Positions 1-13,300 of a stretch of 64,000 nucleotides of DNA are shown here, piece by piece (position 1 is the first letter of the stretch; each line of letters begins with the position of its first letter). This stretch comes from Seison nebaliae. Its lineage: Eukaryota. The stretch is taken from the NCBI GenBank assembly GCA_023231475.1, contig JALJEE010000736.1:1-64000 (forward strand), written 5' to 3'. Position numbers and translations under genes: made by a program. Under the pieces are notes generated by a model. The model was not told where the DNA came from. It made no database searches and saw nothing but the letters and a program-made list of their open reading frames with translations.

Positions 1-139
1 TTTTTTTGCACTATGTTTAAGAGCTTGAATAGGGCTATTTTGTGATATCCACCTTTACGAAAGATACTTCATAGGACAGAAGTTATGACCGGTTTTATAA
101 AAACGTAAAAGTGTCCGATTACTTTAAATTCCTACTGTA
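1..139. mobile_element. Right end of a probable Tc1/mariner-type DNA transposon or MITE (truncated by the window edge)
   Basis: The minus strand reads TA|CAGTAGGAATTTAAAGTAATCGGACAC from 139 downwards, i.e. a TA target followed by a CAGT start typical of Tc1-like terminal inverted repeats. The 11-mer AAGAGCTTGAA (19-29) recurs at 25555-25565. The partner TIR is not in the window. Confidence 0.35.
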
Positions 140-1001
140 TAGCACGTCAAATTCTCTGGATCATATAAGCGTGTCAATAATCGTCTGAAAAATGATAAAA
201 ATAGAAAAATTCAAAACTTTCATCAAATTCGTCACCTCAAATCTGAAATGTTACCTGCAAATTCTAATCATAGAAATCATCCACATGAGAATTCTTTTCA
301 GATAAGAATGATATAACGAAAAAGTGATCTTACTAGAAGAGCTGAACAACAGAAATATTATGATACTTTTTCAAGATATCGAATCGTCGAAATTCTGATC
401 TCTAATAAGGAAAAGACCGCTAATTTCATCTCAAATCGGAGTTCGATCCCAATCCTAATATCACACCTAATACCTAATGTCTAATACCAAAGATGAGGTC
501 TCTTTATCTATAATCTGAAATCTGAATGAATCTTACCATAGAACAATCAGAATGCCTCTTCTTATCGTTCAAAGATATTAAAAAATATTTCATTTTATCG
601 AGGAATCTGGTTTATATTTAAATCTGATTTTCTAAATCGTAAAAATTTTTTGTAATCCGGTTATATTTTTCTCCTCTTACTATTCGATTGAGGTTCTTCA
701 TTCTTTAAATGACGCTATTCACTATTCTCCCTTCGATATTACTTCTCATATTTCGGAATACTTTCCGATATCGATATGGCAGCAAAACTTATCAGTGATA
801 ACATGTACGATGAGTTACGTCATTTTCTTTTTAATTTACCCTGAGGGGATTTGATTTTATAAGAAATGACCAGAAATACGAAAATAAATAATTTTTTTAT
901 TTGTCCGAATAAATATAATTAGAAATTGATGGATTAGTAAAAACGGTAAATAAGTTAAGGAAATGGTATTTTTTAATTTTTCTCTCATTTCATAGATATT
1001 T

Positions 1002-4000
1002 TTACGTGGACTCGACATTTGCAATAGCCGATAACATACTGATGGATAAGTCAGTTTCTTCACTTTCATCAAATTCGGGATCTTCAACTGAAATCTGATA
1101 ATCTAGATTCTGAACAATATTAAACAGAGCTTCTGGGGTTAATTTGGAGATATTGTCTTTAGAGGAATTTGTTAGAATTTTAGTGGAGCCCAATATCTCG
1201 AGGAACGTACCCCAACGATGTATTAACATTGTGAAAAATTGCAATGTCAATATTACAACGAATACGGACATGAAAAGAAGACCCAATGGTTGTAAGTGAC
1301 ATTCATCATTATTCCATAAACGACCAATTGGTAATAGAAGTGAAGTAAATCGTTGAGATACATAATCTAATTGATAATGCCAAACTACCCAAAGTAAATT
1401 TAACATATAAAATGCGAAACATGAATTATTTCTCAATGTGATGAGATCTTGTTGAATTTTCAATTCTTTCTGATGATCTTTGTCCAATGGATGAAGATAT
1501 TCTTTTATCAATTCATCCCAAAATTCTTTTTCTTCTGATAATAATGCCAGTCGAGGTCCATCGCCGAGAAATTTATTATTGTCTATCCAATCACTTCGAT
1601 TGACTTTGATTGATGAATTTTTCATTTGACGAAACTCTTTGATCGTTTTAAATGTTATTCTTGTCAAATTTTCTTTCTGATTGAACGGTGAAGATTGCAA
1701 CGGATAATTTCGTTTACGCTTTTCGGTTAATTCCTTAATATTTGAAGACGAACCAGTTTTTCTTAATTCCCTCACATTAGAAGAGGTCGGATCATTATTA
1801 AGATTGAGAACATATTGTTCGAAATTTTCACTTGATAATGATGATGATTGTCGTTCGTGACATTTTTTGGAGGGTCTTTTCCCCAAAAATAATGTTCGGA
1901 AGAAACCATTAAGTTTCAACGCGTTCTCCATAAATGTTTCATTATTTTTTCTTATACTCGTATTTTTGTCCTTATTCTTACGATTAACAATTTCTCTTGT
2001 TCCCCAAGAAACGATATGGAGATTAGAGAATGAATAAATTACTAATAATAAATATCCACCGGGTAAAGTGATAAGATAAATTAGACCATGTAATAAATTC
2101 TTCATCTCTTTCGGATGTAAGATGGCTGTTGTACAAAAGACGAACGTCACAAATGGTAAGAATATGGTTGAAGGATTCCAATTATCTTTGCCCGATAAAA
2201 TTTGTGCCATTGTTGCAACTAAAACCATGGACATGATAACGGCATATATCGATGTTAGAATGGCACCAATTAATATTTGTGTTTTGGGACGTGTAGTAAA
2301 ACAGACAACGATATAAAATACAGCTGGTAAAGTTCCAAAAATGTATGATTCGGTTAAAGTTAAATGATGGAATACTGTTCGGAAAGCAGAGGCTATTGTT
2401 AAAATAATTGTTCCGGGACCTAAGATCGTACTGATGAGTAGAATGCATTGATAGAAGATATATGGGGTGGAGAATTCGTCATTTACTTTGATTGTATGGA
2501 ATGCTGATTTCAATAATGATATCGTGTTCGCTACTGTTGATGGCATCCATCGACGTCGTTGATTAAAGAATTCATCAAATGTTTGAGGAGCAAATGTATA
2601 TGCGTCAGATGCTGCACAATAATCTACTCGATATCCTTGTTGAAGAAGTAAAGTACATAACCATCGATCTTCTCCTTGATCATATTGCACATATTCATAA
2701 GCTTCATTTGCTTTATCTGCATATCGTCTAACGATATTATCATCCAATAAAGCCGAACCTCGAAATAAGGAAAAACAACCGGGTGAACATAAAACACAAC
2801 CCAATTTATGTTCAGCTGCTTTTTGTAACCAATGACCGACAGCATATTCAAATTGTTGATACCAAACCATAGGACCAGAACCAATTGGATGAATTCGTCC
2901 ACAAACAGCTCCAATTTTGGGACTCTTCCTCATTCGATCCATTAACAAGAGGACGGATTGTGGATCAAAATCGATATCTCCATCTAAAGCCAAAATATAA
3001 GTGTTCTGTATTCGTCGTTTTATCTTCTCAGGCAACGTCTTCAAATATAGTGAGAAACCGACGAAATCATCTTCATTTTCAATATAGTTCTCTCTTGAGA
3101 AATCATTGTAAACAACGAAATCATTATGCATTGCATGATTCTTCGTCTTCGAATATAATTTGTTTAATTTCAATTGATTATTCGAGTTCTTTGGGAAACA
3201 TCTCCGATTAAAAAGATAAGAAAGAAGGTAATACATGTACATGACTTGGGACCAGCGTTTACGATGTCGAATACGATCTTTATCTTTCAAATGTGCAATT
3301 AGTTTATTACGACCCGGCATGATCCATATTAGTCGACCACCGTACGGAGTTAAAATTTTTATGGGATCTTTTGGTTTCAAATCTTCTCTTCCATGAACGA
3401 GACATGTCGTCTTCCCGATCACATCGATCAATTGCTCCACAAACTGATTAGGTTTCTTTATTAAATGATAATTATCAGCTGTCATATTCGACTGTAATGA
3501 TCCGGTGAAATCATCAGCAATTTCGAATGCATCGTCTACAATTAAATGTGCTTCAAATCGATAAAAATTCGAATCTTTAATTCCATATTTCTTCCGAGCT
3601 ATTCTTCTTGAATATTGATCACGGTCAAGACGAAATATCGATTTTAATAATTGTGTCATCTCATTCTCAGTCTCATGCCAAATTGTGGCACATAAATAGA
3701 TAAGCGGGATTTCCATTTTCTGATTTGATGACGAATATGGAAACAACGCATCGCCATTGCAATTGTTTTTTTCATTATTCTTCTGTGTTTTATTATCGAA
3801 AATTTTCCTCGTTAAAATAAACTGCTGATCGGAGAAACATAGAACGACTGTTTGACTTGTAAATAATTTTTGAAATTTTGCTAATTTCTCATTTTGCGGG
3901 AACCAGATATGGAAGGTGATAGCACAAATACAGATTGCAGATAGAATTTGAATCATTAGTAAATTCCATTCAAAATTTAAATGGAAATCATTGATAAATG

Positions 4001-5150
4001 AGAGATTGAATAAATGATGGATATTGACTGAATAATTTCGAGAAAGATAAATGAATAAAGGATAAATGATGAATGATGATAATTGTAGAATGAGAGCATA
4101 GGAAAACCGTTGCATTAACGTTTTACACAAAATCGATGTTATATTTGAAGCTACATAATAAATGAGAAGATATAATAGTAACCAATATCGATATCGATAT
4201 AAAATTGAAGATGAATCTGTAAAAATATGATAAATCAATTTATTTGGTTGATAAGAGGAATTTGGAAATTTTCTCAAATAATACATCTCAAATATTTCAT
4301 AAATGACGAGAATGACAATTTTTAATAAGTTGACGTAAAACTGAATATATGATCGAGATTTGATAACTGTCTGATTGAATGAATGTATTAACTGATTGAA
4401 TGAATTGAAGCAATTAGATGGAAATTGAAATTTTTGCAAAAACGTTTCCCACCAACTCAAAGACATTCCAATTGATATGAGAATATATGTGGAGATTATT
4501 GATATTCTTATTTCTTCCAAGATCAATTGTTTGATAATTAGAACATGAATAAGAATTTGTAAAGAAATTACTAGAAGATCAATGAAATGTATAATCATCT
4601 TCAACATATTCCATCTTCCAATCTGATATCTGTTAACGGTATTGAGATGCTGAATGAGTTGTAGAATGACTGGAATGATAATGGAATGTAGATGGAATAA
4701 TAGAATTATCATATTCATCGAAAAATGATGTGAGAGATAGAAGAGGAAGATGAAATGAGAAACCGTCGAACAACATTCAATAATGACGATTAGAACGATA
4801 TGGGAGAGTTTTGGGAAGATCAAATTTCTAAAAGTCATTCCATATAAACCATGTAATAATGGAAAAAGGAATTGAAGTATTAGGATCAAATAAAGTAGAT
4901 ATTTTATTTCAAAATATTTCACTAAATTTCCATTTGATAATTCTTCTTTCATTTGTAGAGTGAAATAAATCCAAACATATTTCAGGAGAACAATTGACGA
5001 GAATAGAATTCCACTGAATATTATATAACAGAGTAGTCGAACTAGAATGCATAATCGTTTCGAAAATTTCGATTGGAGTTTAAACTGCTCGAATTCGAAA
5101 TCTCGAGATGTCTTCGACGCAACGTCCCACCAACGACCATTCGTCGTCAT
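1002..5150 (-). CDS. CHS: Chitin synthase (GT2, metazoan type), 1382 aa, apparently intronless, no myosin motor domain
   Basis: Single ORF with an N-terminal multi-TM region and the diagnostic motifs CATIWHET, HLKDKDRIRHRKRWSQVMYMYYLL, LALDGDIDF, WYQQFEYAVGHWLQKAAEH, CSPGCFSLFR, QYDQGEDRW, QRRRW and SWGTRE, followed by C-terminal TM helices. Confidence 0.97.
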   Translation of the reverse strand: MTTNGRWWDVASKTSRDFEFEQFKLQSKFSKRLCILVRLLCYIIFSGILFSSIVLLKYVWIYFTLQMKEELSNGNLVKYFEIKYLLYLILILQFLFPLLHGLYGMTFRNLIFPKLSHIVLIVIIECCSTVSHFIFLFYLSHHFSMNMIILLFHLHSIIIPVILQLIQHLNTVNRYQIGRWNMLKMIIHFIDLLVISLQILIHVLIIKQLILEEIRISIISTYILISIGMSLSWWETFLQKFQFPSNCFNSFNQLIHSFNQTVIKSRSYIQFYVNLLKIVILVIYEIFEMYYLRKFPNSSYQPNKLIYHIFTDSSSILYRYRYWLLLYLLIYYVASNITSILCKTLMQRFSYALILQLSSFIIYPLFIYLSRNYSVNIHHLFNLSFINDFHLNFEWNLLMIQILSAICICAITFHIWFPQNEKLAKFQKLFTSQTVVLCFSDQQFILTRKIFDNKTQKNNEKNNCNGDALFPYSSSNQKMEIPLIYLCATIWHETENEMTQLLKSIFRLDRDQYSRRIARKKYGIKDSNFYRFEAHLIVDDAFEIADDFTGSLQSNMTADNYHLIKKPNQFVEQLIDVIGKTTCLVHGREDLKPKDPIKILTPYGGRLIWIMPGRNKLIAHLKDKDRIRHRKRWSQVMYMYYLLSYLFNRRCFPKNSNNQLKLNKLYSKTKNHAMHNDFVVYNDFSRENYIENEDDFVGFSLYLKTLPEKIKRRIQNTYILALDGDIDFDPQSVLLLMDRMRKSPKIGAVCGRIHPIGSGPMVWYQQFEYAVGHWLQKAAEHKLGCVLCSPGCFSLFRGSALLDDNIVRRYADKANEAYEYVQYDQGEDRWLCTLLLQQGYRVDYCAASDAYTFAPQTFDEFFNQRRRWMPSTVANTISLLKSAFHTIKVNDEFSTPYIFYQCILLISTILGPGTIILTIASAFRTVFHHLTLTESYIFGTLPAVFYIVVCFTTRPKTQILIGAILTSIYAVIMSMVLVATMAQILSGKDNWNPSTIFLPFVTFVFCTTAILHPKEMKNLLHGLIYLITLPGGYLLLVIYSFSNLHIVSWGTREIVNRKNKDKNTSIRKNNETFMENALKLNGFFRTLFLGKRPSKKCHERQSSSLSSENFEQYVLNLNNDPTSSNVRELRKTGSSSNIKELTEKRKRNYPLQSSPFNQKENLTRITFKTIKEFRQMKNSSIKVNRSDWIDNNKFLGDGPRLALLSEEKEFWDELIKEYLHPLDKDHQKELKIQQDLITLRNNSCFAFYMLNLLWVVWHYQLDYVSQRFTSLLLPIGRLWNNDECHLQPLGLLFMSVFVVILTLQFFTMLIHRWGTFLEILGSTKILTNSSKDNISKLTPEALFNIVQNLDYQISVEDPEFDESEETDLSISMLSAIANVEST

Positions 5151-5823
5151 AATCCCTTTTCCAAACGCTAAATTTATTTTGATGTTTTATGAAATTGTTT
5201 TTTAGATTTAATTTCTTTCTACTTCAAATTCAAAGTGATTATTCATATCAGAACATTTTTCACTTTCTTTTCTTCTTTTCACATATTCAAATTTTCAGAT
5301 TTATTTTCGATCAATGTTAAAAACAGAGAGAATCTTCTTTTTCAAACAAATTCAACTATTTCTCGTTTGTTTCTTTCTCTCTAATGGAAATTGTTAAGAA
5401 TAGAAGAGATTTTTTAATACACTTTCACAGTTCTAACTTGAAACTTTTTGTTTTTATTACAAATAAATAATTGGAATAGATCAGAGATCAATCTGAATTT
5501 ATTGAAGAAATATATTATTATTTTAATAACAGGAAAAGGAGAAATAAATTAGAATTTCAGAATATCAAAATTAATAAAATTAATATCTTTATACAAATGT
5601 GGAAAAAGATGAAGAGTCGATGGAAGATTGAATATTCCATACAGTCGTCAAATGTCCGATCGTGAGTTCCATGACGAAATAATATCTTTGTTTAGAAATA
5701 TCGAAAAAGAAAAATGTTTATAAGAGAAAATCTTTCGTAAATTTCTTTCAGAACTCAAAAGAAAATTTCTTTCGAAAATTTCGAATGAAATTAAATTCTT
5801 TACAAGATCAACGAGAAAAGAGA

Positions 5824-5831
<8 letters not shown>

Positions 5832-5856
<25 letters not shown>
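5832..5856. repeat. (AG)n microsatellite just downstream of the multi-PDZ stop codon
   Basis: Perfect AG dinucleotide run seen directly. Confidence 0.9.
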
Positions 5857-5894
5857 AGAGAATAAATGGAATTGAAGTTTGGAATGATGTTTTA

Positions 5895-7886
5895 TCATTT
5901 TAGCGATTGATGTGCAGTTGACATGGATGAATTGGATGAGAGTTTATGTTTCAATGAACCAGATAATGCATTGACAATCGATGATGATAATGTGGATGTC
6001 GTACTCATCATGAGATGTGATGGAGCGATAGATGTTGCATGATTGATCAATGTGGAAGTGTTATGAGTATGTTTGAATTGATCGAAATTCTTCTTCCGAC
6101 GGAATCGTGCTACACTCAGAACAATCTTATTCTGAGATGTTCTCAATAACGAACTAATCATTTCACATGATAAATTGGAGATGTTCTTCCCATTCAACGA
6201 CATTAAACGATCATAAATTCTTAAACGTCCGTCATGTTCAGCGGGACCACTCGACATCAGATGTGTAACATAAACACCGAATCTCTCATCCATAATCATC
6301 ATCTCGTTGGAAGTGGGTCGATTGAAATGACCAGATATACTGAAACCGAAACCTTTCCCATTACGTTTCACTAATTCGATGTGAACTATCTCGAAAATGG
6401 ACGGATCACAATTATATAACATTTGCTTCTGAACTGGAGATAATTTTCGTATTTTCATCGAAATCTTTTCATTCTTTTCTGATGATTGAATGATCTCTTG
6501 AGAAATCTCATCGATCGTCAATCGATCCACATTCCTCTCGTTCAATCTCAACACTTCATCTCCAGGCAATAAACGACCATCACCAAATCGACCATTCTTC
6601 TCGATAAATAAAACGATCACTTTGTTCTGGAAAAGACGAATGAGAGGATGTTACAAGAGAAATGAAAATTCCAACAAATAAAGTCTCGATGGAACCGATG
6701 AGTGTCAGACCAAATGGCGAATCAGTCGAATCGAATTCGTAAATTTTCGATAATTCATCCGGTAAAATTTCCTGCAAATTTCAAATAAATTTGAAACAAA
6801 ATTCCAAAAAAAAATTTGAAAAAAATTCGAAAAAAAATTTGAAAAAAATTCGAAAAAAAATTCGAAAAAAAAATTTGAAAAAAATATTCGAGAAAAAAAA
6901 AAATTCGGAAAAAAATTTGAAAAAAAATTTGAAAGAAAAATTCAAAAAATAATTTTCTAACCGATCTCGTTATGGATAGTTTGAGGTCATCTTGATCATC
7001 AATCGATTTTCTTGTTGTGTTTTTCGAAAAGGATTTATGATTGGGAGCGAATTGTAATGGAACTGTTGTTGTTTTCGTTAGATTTGGCAGGGTTGTCATA
7101 AGATTTACCGGTGTCAATGACGAGTCAATGAAAGGATTAGATGTCATGACTGTTGTAGTTGTTGTTCGTGTTGACGATTTGATGATTGATGGGGAATTGT
7201 GTTGAATTGACTTCTTTAAAAGTTTTGTTGACGATGTAGTTGATGGTTGTTGTTGTGTTGACATGGTTTGTTTATCGATATTATTGGGGAGATATGACAA
7301 TGGTGATTGAGTGGCATTATTAATTAAATTACCATTCCAATCGATCCGTTTGTCATTCAATAATTTATCATTGCGATTAAATATTGTTCGTTTCATCGGT
7401 AATTCACTGGCACATCGACGTTGATAATCGATTGATGGTTTCTTTATGAACTTTTCAATATTGGTGGATGATGCTTCATTCTCATCACTCTTATCTAATT
7501 GTGGTTGTTGTAACGAATGTGTTTGAGTTGCAATAATGGTAGAAATAGAAGTTAACGATTCACTTCTCTTCAAAAGATTATTCGAATTGGTTGGCAGATG
7601 AGTTGATCGTCCAAATAGTTGAGTAGTCTCTCCTCGACTAGGTCGATGTATAGTGAAGATAGTAGTAACACCTTGTCGAACATCTTGCAGATATTTCATA
7701 AGAGATGTATATGAATTCCCTTCTACTTTCATTTTATCTACTTTTATGACAATATCGTTTTCTTCCGCACATTCGTCATTCTACACAAAAATAAAATTTA
7801 ATTAATTGTCAAATTATATTCAAAATTAATTTAAAGTGTTTTTGACACATCAATCTATTCTATTCATAACTTCTTTCTTTCATTCC

Positions 7887-7917
<31 letters not shown>

Positions 7918-10269
7918 TGTTTGATTGAGAGTCAATGAAATATTTGTTGAATAAATTAGAGAAAATTAGAAGAGAACTTATTCTCCATGAATTTTTTGAG
8001 GAACTCCAAATATCCTTTCTTTTTTTAGACATTATAGATCATTTTCAAGATTGAAATGATGAACAAATCATTATTGTTATGGGAAGATGTGTAGGTAAAC
8101 ATGAGAACAGTCGTTCTAAGATGAGACGTCGTTTCAATTGGAGAGAATGTGTTCGGACGTCAATTGAATGTTTAGATTAATATATATATAAAAATAAATA
8201 GGTAGATATGTGGAGGAATTAGTTTAAGAGAAAATTTCCATTTTTATCAATTCCTCGCTGAGTAGATTAGTGAAAAATGAGAAGAAAGAACAGAATGGAA
8301 GAGATGAGGAGTGGGTGGTATAAGAGGCGAAAGATAATAAATACAACACTCCACTATCATATTATATCATATCATAAATGATTTTAATATTTACGTACTT
8401 GCCTACACCATCTCATTCTATATGACGTATATGGAAGTGGCGTGAGCACATCACACACAATGTACTATCTATCATAAACATTAGATCTCCTCAACATATT
8501 TCCGACGATCACCTACAACAATATGCACATCAGCTGCTACTATGCTAATAAATCATTTCTTCATCTTCTCCTTCACAATAGAACAAACAAATCAAACTCA
8601 TCAATAACTAACAATATCTCCTCTTCAATTGCAGAAACAAAAAACAGCAAACGTCCAATAACATTCCTCACAATTAACATAACTAACCAACAAGCCTTCA
8701 ACAACTCCTTTCATTACACACACCATCTCTGCTATCTCTTCTCGCGTAAGACCTGGTGGCTTTCTCTTAAGCTTAATTTAAAATTTTAAAAATAAATTAT
8801 TCAATTTCTACAAACACAATTCTTTTTTTTTTACCAACTTTTTAAATCAAACTTTTCTACTCCTCCACTCTCTCCTTACAAGCTCTACCATTCGATATAG
8901 TCGCAAAATCATTTGAAACTTCAAATATTATATTCGAATGAAGTTTAATGAGTCTAATAAAACATGTTAATTCTCTAGGGAATTCAGTAGGAAAATGTGT
9001 AAACCAATTAATTGAAAGGAATAATTCGAGGAAATATTACGAGTCAGAAGAAAATGAAACTATAAAATTTCGAGGAGTTCCATCTTTTATTATGAGTTCC
9101 TAAAAAATTTATTTCGATACTCTCACCATATTCTGATAAAGAGGAGGAATTAGAGAAAGCATTTAGTCAATTATCCATGAATCGTTACAGGTTACAAACA
9201 TAAATTTAATATTGTTGAAGTGTCGATGCCATCCACAGAATGACGGAAACCAAAAGAAGCGACGTGTATCATTATTGGACGACATTAATTTGAATAGGAA
9301 AAACGTATTCATCTCTCCAATTCTCGTGTAGAATGAAGGATGAGTATGATTTGAGGAGAAACATGACATGGACATTATAATGGGAACATAATGAAATTCC
9401 AGTTAATTTTCCCAGTTCTATTGTATGAAATTGTTTAATTGTATGAAGGAATAGGAAAAAGAAGAAAGAAAGAAAGAAATGTTTGAATAATTCATATAAT
9501 TCATTTTCGAAGTTTTCCTTCAGAACGAAATGATTATAACGACTAATTCGCATACTCCATTCGGTCATGAGAATTATTTGCGTGTTACACCAGATAATGA
9601 TTTCATTTTGGTTTTTTTGCAGGGAAACTATTATTTTAATTCATGACATCGTCATCTCGTCTACTCGTTTCAAAAATATTCATGCCAATGATTAAACTTG
9701 AAAATTTTTTAATCATCCTTCCACAAATTACAATTTTCAACATTCTCATGAAACTTTTTTAAATCCAATTTCCAATAAACCTTTTCTCATTCTCAGAAAA
9801 CCGATTATACATAGATCATTCCCTCATGATTTTTTAATGAAAATTGACTTTTATTTATTCGGTGGACGAAATTCTTTTACGAAGAGAAACGGTTAATCAT
9901 CCCAGTCATCAATAAATTATGAGAATTTGAAATAACAATAAAATAATATATGTGAATAAACTTTAGAATTTGGGAGATTATAGAATAAATTTATTCATTA
10001 AATTTATTAACGTAAATTCATTAAAATGAATCGTTACACTTCTTCTATAATGATTCGTATTCCATTGGAAATAATTTGGACGTTAAATAATAGAGTGTGC
10101 ATGTATGTGTGTATAGATGTGTATTTTTCGTGTATATAAGTGTAGTTCTCGTGTACATAATATTACTTCTCGTCGGAATATGATTGTTCTACAACACCAC
10201 TGTTCACATGTGGAGGATGTTTGGGGAGGATGTGCAATGGGAAGTAAAAGAAGAAGAAGAATAAAAGAC

Positions 10270-10302
<33 letters not shown>

Positions 10303-13300
10303 AAAGGAAAGAAAGAATATTGTGCATCATTTACTCCATTTATAAATTGGTATTTTTTCTATTTCCTAATGTTTGACGAAGAGTAAATTATGGGAATATA
10401 TTCATCGGTTTTCTTATGATAATCTAATGAGAATTTGATCATTCTAATGTCGAACATAATTCTATTAAGAGAAATAACTTATGAAATTATTAAACTTTTC
10501 TTCTGAAATTAATAGAAGATCAAATAGAGAGGAGAAAGTGGTGAGGGAAGAAGCGAGAAATGAAATTACTTTTCTTCATTTGTCAATACGTTATAATCGA
10601 TATTTTTATAAATTTCCATGGAATACTAATATTGAAAAGAAGAATAAGAATAATTCAACATCCATCGAATTATGCACACAATTGCAGCAACTTCTTTACC
10701 TTGAATCATAATTTTCTGTGCACAACAGCTGCACAATCCGCTATAGATTGCCTAATGAAAGATCAGTCTGTATTTCAAAAAAATTTGATTGTAACAAATT
10801 GTGTTTTTGAAAAAGCTTCTCCTGTTAATGAAGAATTTACATATTCGACAAAGAAATCAGAAGAAGACTTGGAGTGCACATTGAGTGCATTGTCTAGTAG
10901 CGGAACTCCTTCAAAAACAGATAACTGCGACTTGTCCGTCACTGACACTTCATGTCCACTAATTTAGACTGATGAAAATCATCGACATTACACCAATACA
11001 GTTGTTAAGGTTTCGTCCACGAATGTTTCAAGTTCAATCGAATGAAATTTATAAAATAAAATATAGAATGAACATTCTTCCATCTACTAACAATATCAAC
11101 TGAATAATAATATTATACTTAATTTTGAGAGAATAGTATGAGTCAATGAGCATAGACCGTATTGATAACGATTATTGGAATGGGAACAATCACGTTCGAG
11201 TCATTAGTTGATTGTGAGGTGAAATTAGAAGAACAGATTGGAGAGAAGTTTGAATTAGAATGAGGCGAAACGGTTAGATGAATATCACATTTGATGTGAA
11301 TAAAAATTTGGTGAAGAATTTATAAATAATTATAGCAACATTGATCATTATCAGACGGTGGTGTTGTACAAAGAAACTTTTTTTTTGTTGCGGAAAATTT
11401 ACATGAATGAATATCGCATTTGATATGATAGGCGATCGATTGTTATTGACGTAATATAGAAAGGAAAAGAAATAATAATGGAAATAATGACGACGATGAT
11501 GATGATGATGATAGTGATAGGAAAGGAGGAGATGGTAATAAGATAATAGATTAGAAATGAATAGTAACTTTTGAAGAATATTCGGAGATATTATTTCTCA
11601 TTGTTTTCTTTTGAACATCATCATCATCATCCTTGATGTCCAACATTTCATTATTATTCGTGGTGGTAATGGCAGAGGTAATTCCAGTCACGGAATTCTT
11701 TTCCAAATCTATTTGTTTTCTCTTCAAATCTGTCAGACGATAATTTGAACTATTTCTCCTTATCGAAGTGATTAGTAATCCAATCAATTTCCATTCGTTC
11801 ATTTGACAATTGTTCGAATGAATCGTTTCTGCCAATTTCTGATAATTATGAATGGGATTTTGGCCTTGGTTCTTCGAAACTGTGTTCCTCGCATTTATAT
11901 GAATCTCCTTCCCAACAACAACATCATCCTGTTGATTCTTATTCTGATTATTCATAGTGGAAGGATGGTATGTCGAATGAACGGCGGAGTTAAGTGGAGA
12001 TGAGAAAGAGGAAGAAGAGGAAGAAGAAGAGGATGAGGAGGAGGAGGAGGAGGAGGAGAAGTTGGTGGATGAAGAAGAAGTTGTTTTGGAATTATTACAG
12101 TAATTAATAGGAACGTCTTCAGATAAATATGTTTGATAAGAATTTGATCCATCGTCTTGCCGCATCAAATCTTCCTCACCATCATTTCTCATTTGGTCAT
12201 TCGATTTCGATGAAAGTTGATAAAGTGGCAGAATAGATAAGCCAAAAGAATTCGTTAAATTACTCTTTTCTATGGGAATATTTAATATGGGATAATTATC
12301 AAGAAATTTATTTATAGAAATGTCCTCTTCACTTATAGCCTCAATTCCATCATTCTTATCTTCATGACGATTATTGAACTTATCACTAACAAATGGGTTG
12401 TGATTCAATGAGTAATTATCATAGTTCCTTTCATCGACTTCTTCATCCAGTACATTAACCTTCTTCCTTATCCCCACTACCTCATCATCCACAACCAGAT
12501 TATGGTCATTCTTTTTCGAAATATCATTCGGATATTCTAAAGATGAGTGATTGGAATGCATACTGCTTTTCTTTGAACATTTTTCAACTGAAAGGTCGTC
12601 ATCATTATCATCATTATTATTATTTTTCTTCACATTATCTTCGTTATTAGGAAATTGTTCTTTTGGAAAATTTTTCGTTTTCGTTTCCGTTTCTTCAAAT
12701 TCGATTTCATTCGAAGATGCTGATGGAACTGACGATTCCTTCCGATTACCTATTTTGCTATCGTTCTCTCTATGAAGATTTTTTGGAAATCTTTCGAAGT
12801 TTTCATCGTTGCTATGGTTACCATTTATTTGTTTTGACGGATACTTCGATGATTCATCAGCATCATCATCATCATGAACGGTATTAGTGATTGGTTTGGT
12901 TAGAAGAGAATTGAGCGCATATCTGCCATCTTTCCCGACATCCTTCTTCTTTTTCTGATGGTTCGACAATCTTATTCGGTTTTCAACATTGATAGTTTGC
13001 TCAATCTTATTCTGATGATCTAAATATGAAGGTAGAATCTTATTATTTCGTTCGATAACAATGTCGATGTTTCCGTCGGCGAAAGGTTGTGTTCTTATTA
13101 AATTGGAAATTTCCAAATGTGATCGACCATTAACATTTATATCATTAATCTAGAATGAAAGGAGAAAGAAACAAGATTAAATTGGAATGAAGAAGAATGA
13201 TAATCTGATTACTATGAATTCATTACATCACCTCTCTCATATCATTCCCTACTGCGACGTCGTACATATGTGCCGATTAATCGATGGGCCGATTAAAATA

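Noticed and set aside
425..460. GGAGTTCGATCCC resembles a tRNA T-loop / B box
   Set aside because: No acceptor stem, D arm or anticodon arm could be folded around it.
6755..6961. Phe-rich hydrophobic C-terminus of ORF 6755..7732 as a TM segment
   Set aside because: It is translated intronic T-tract repeat downstream of the GTTAGA donor at 6961.
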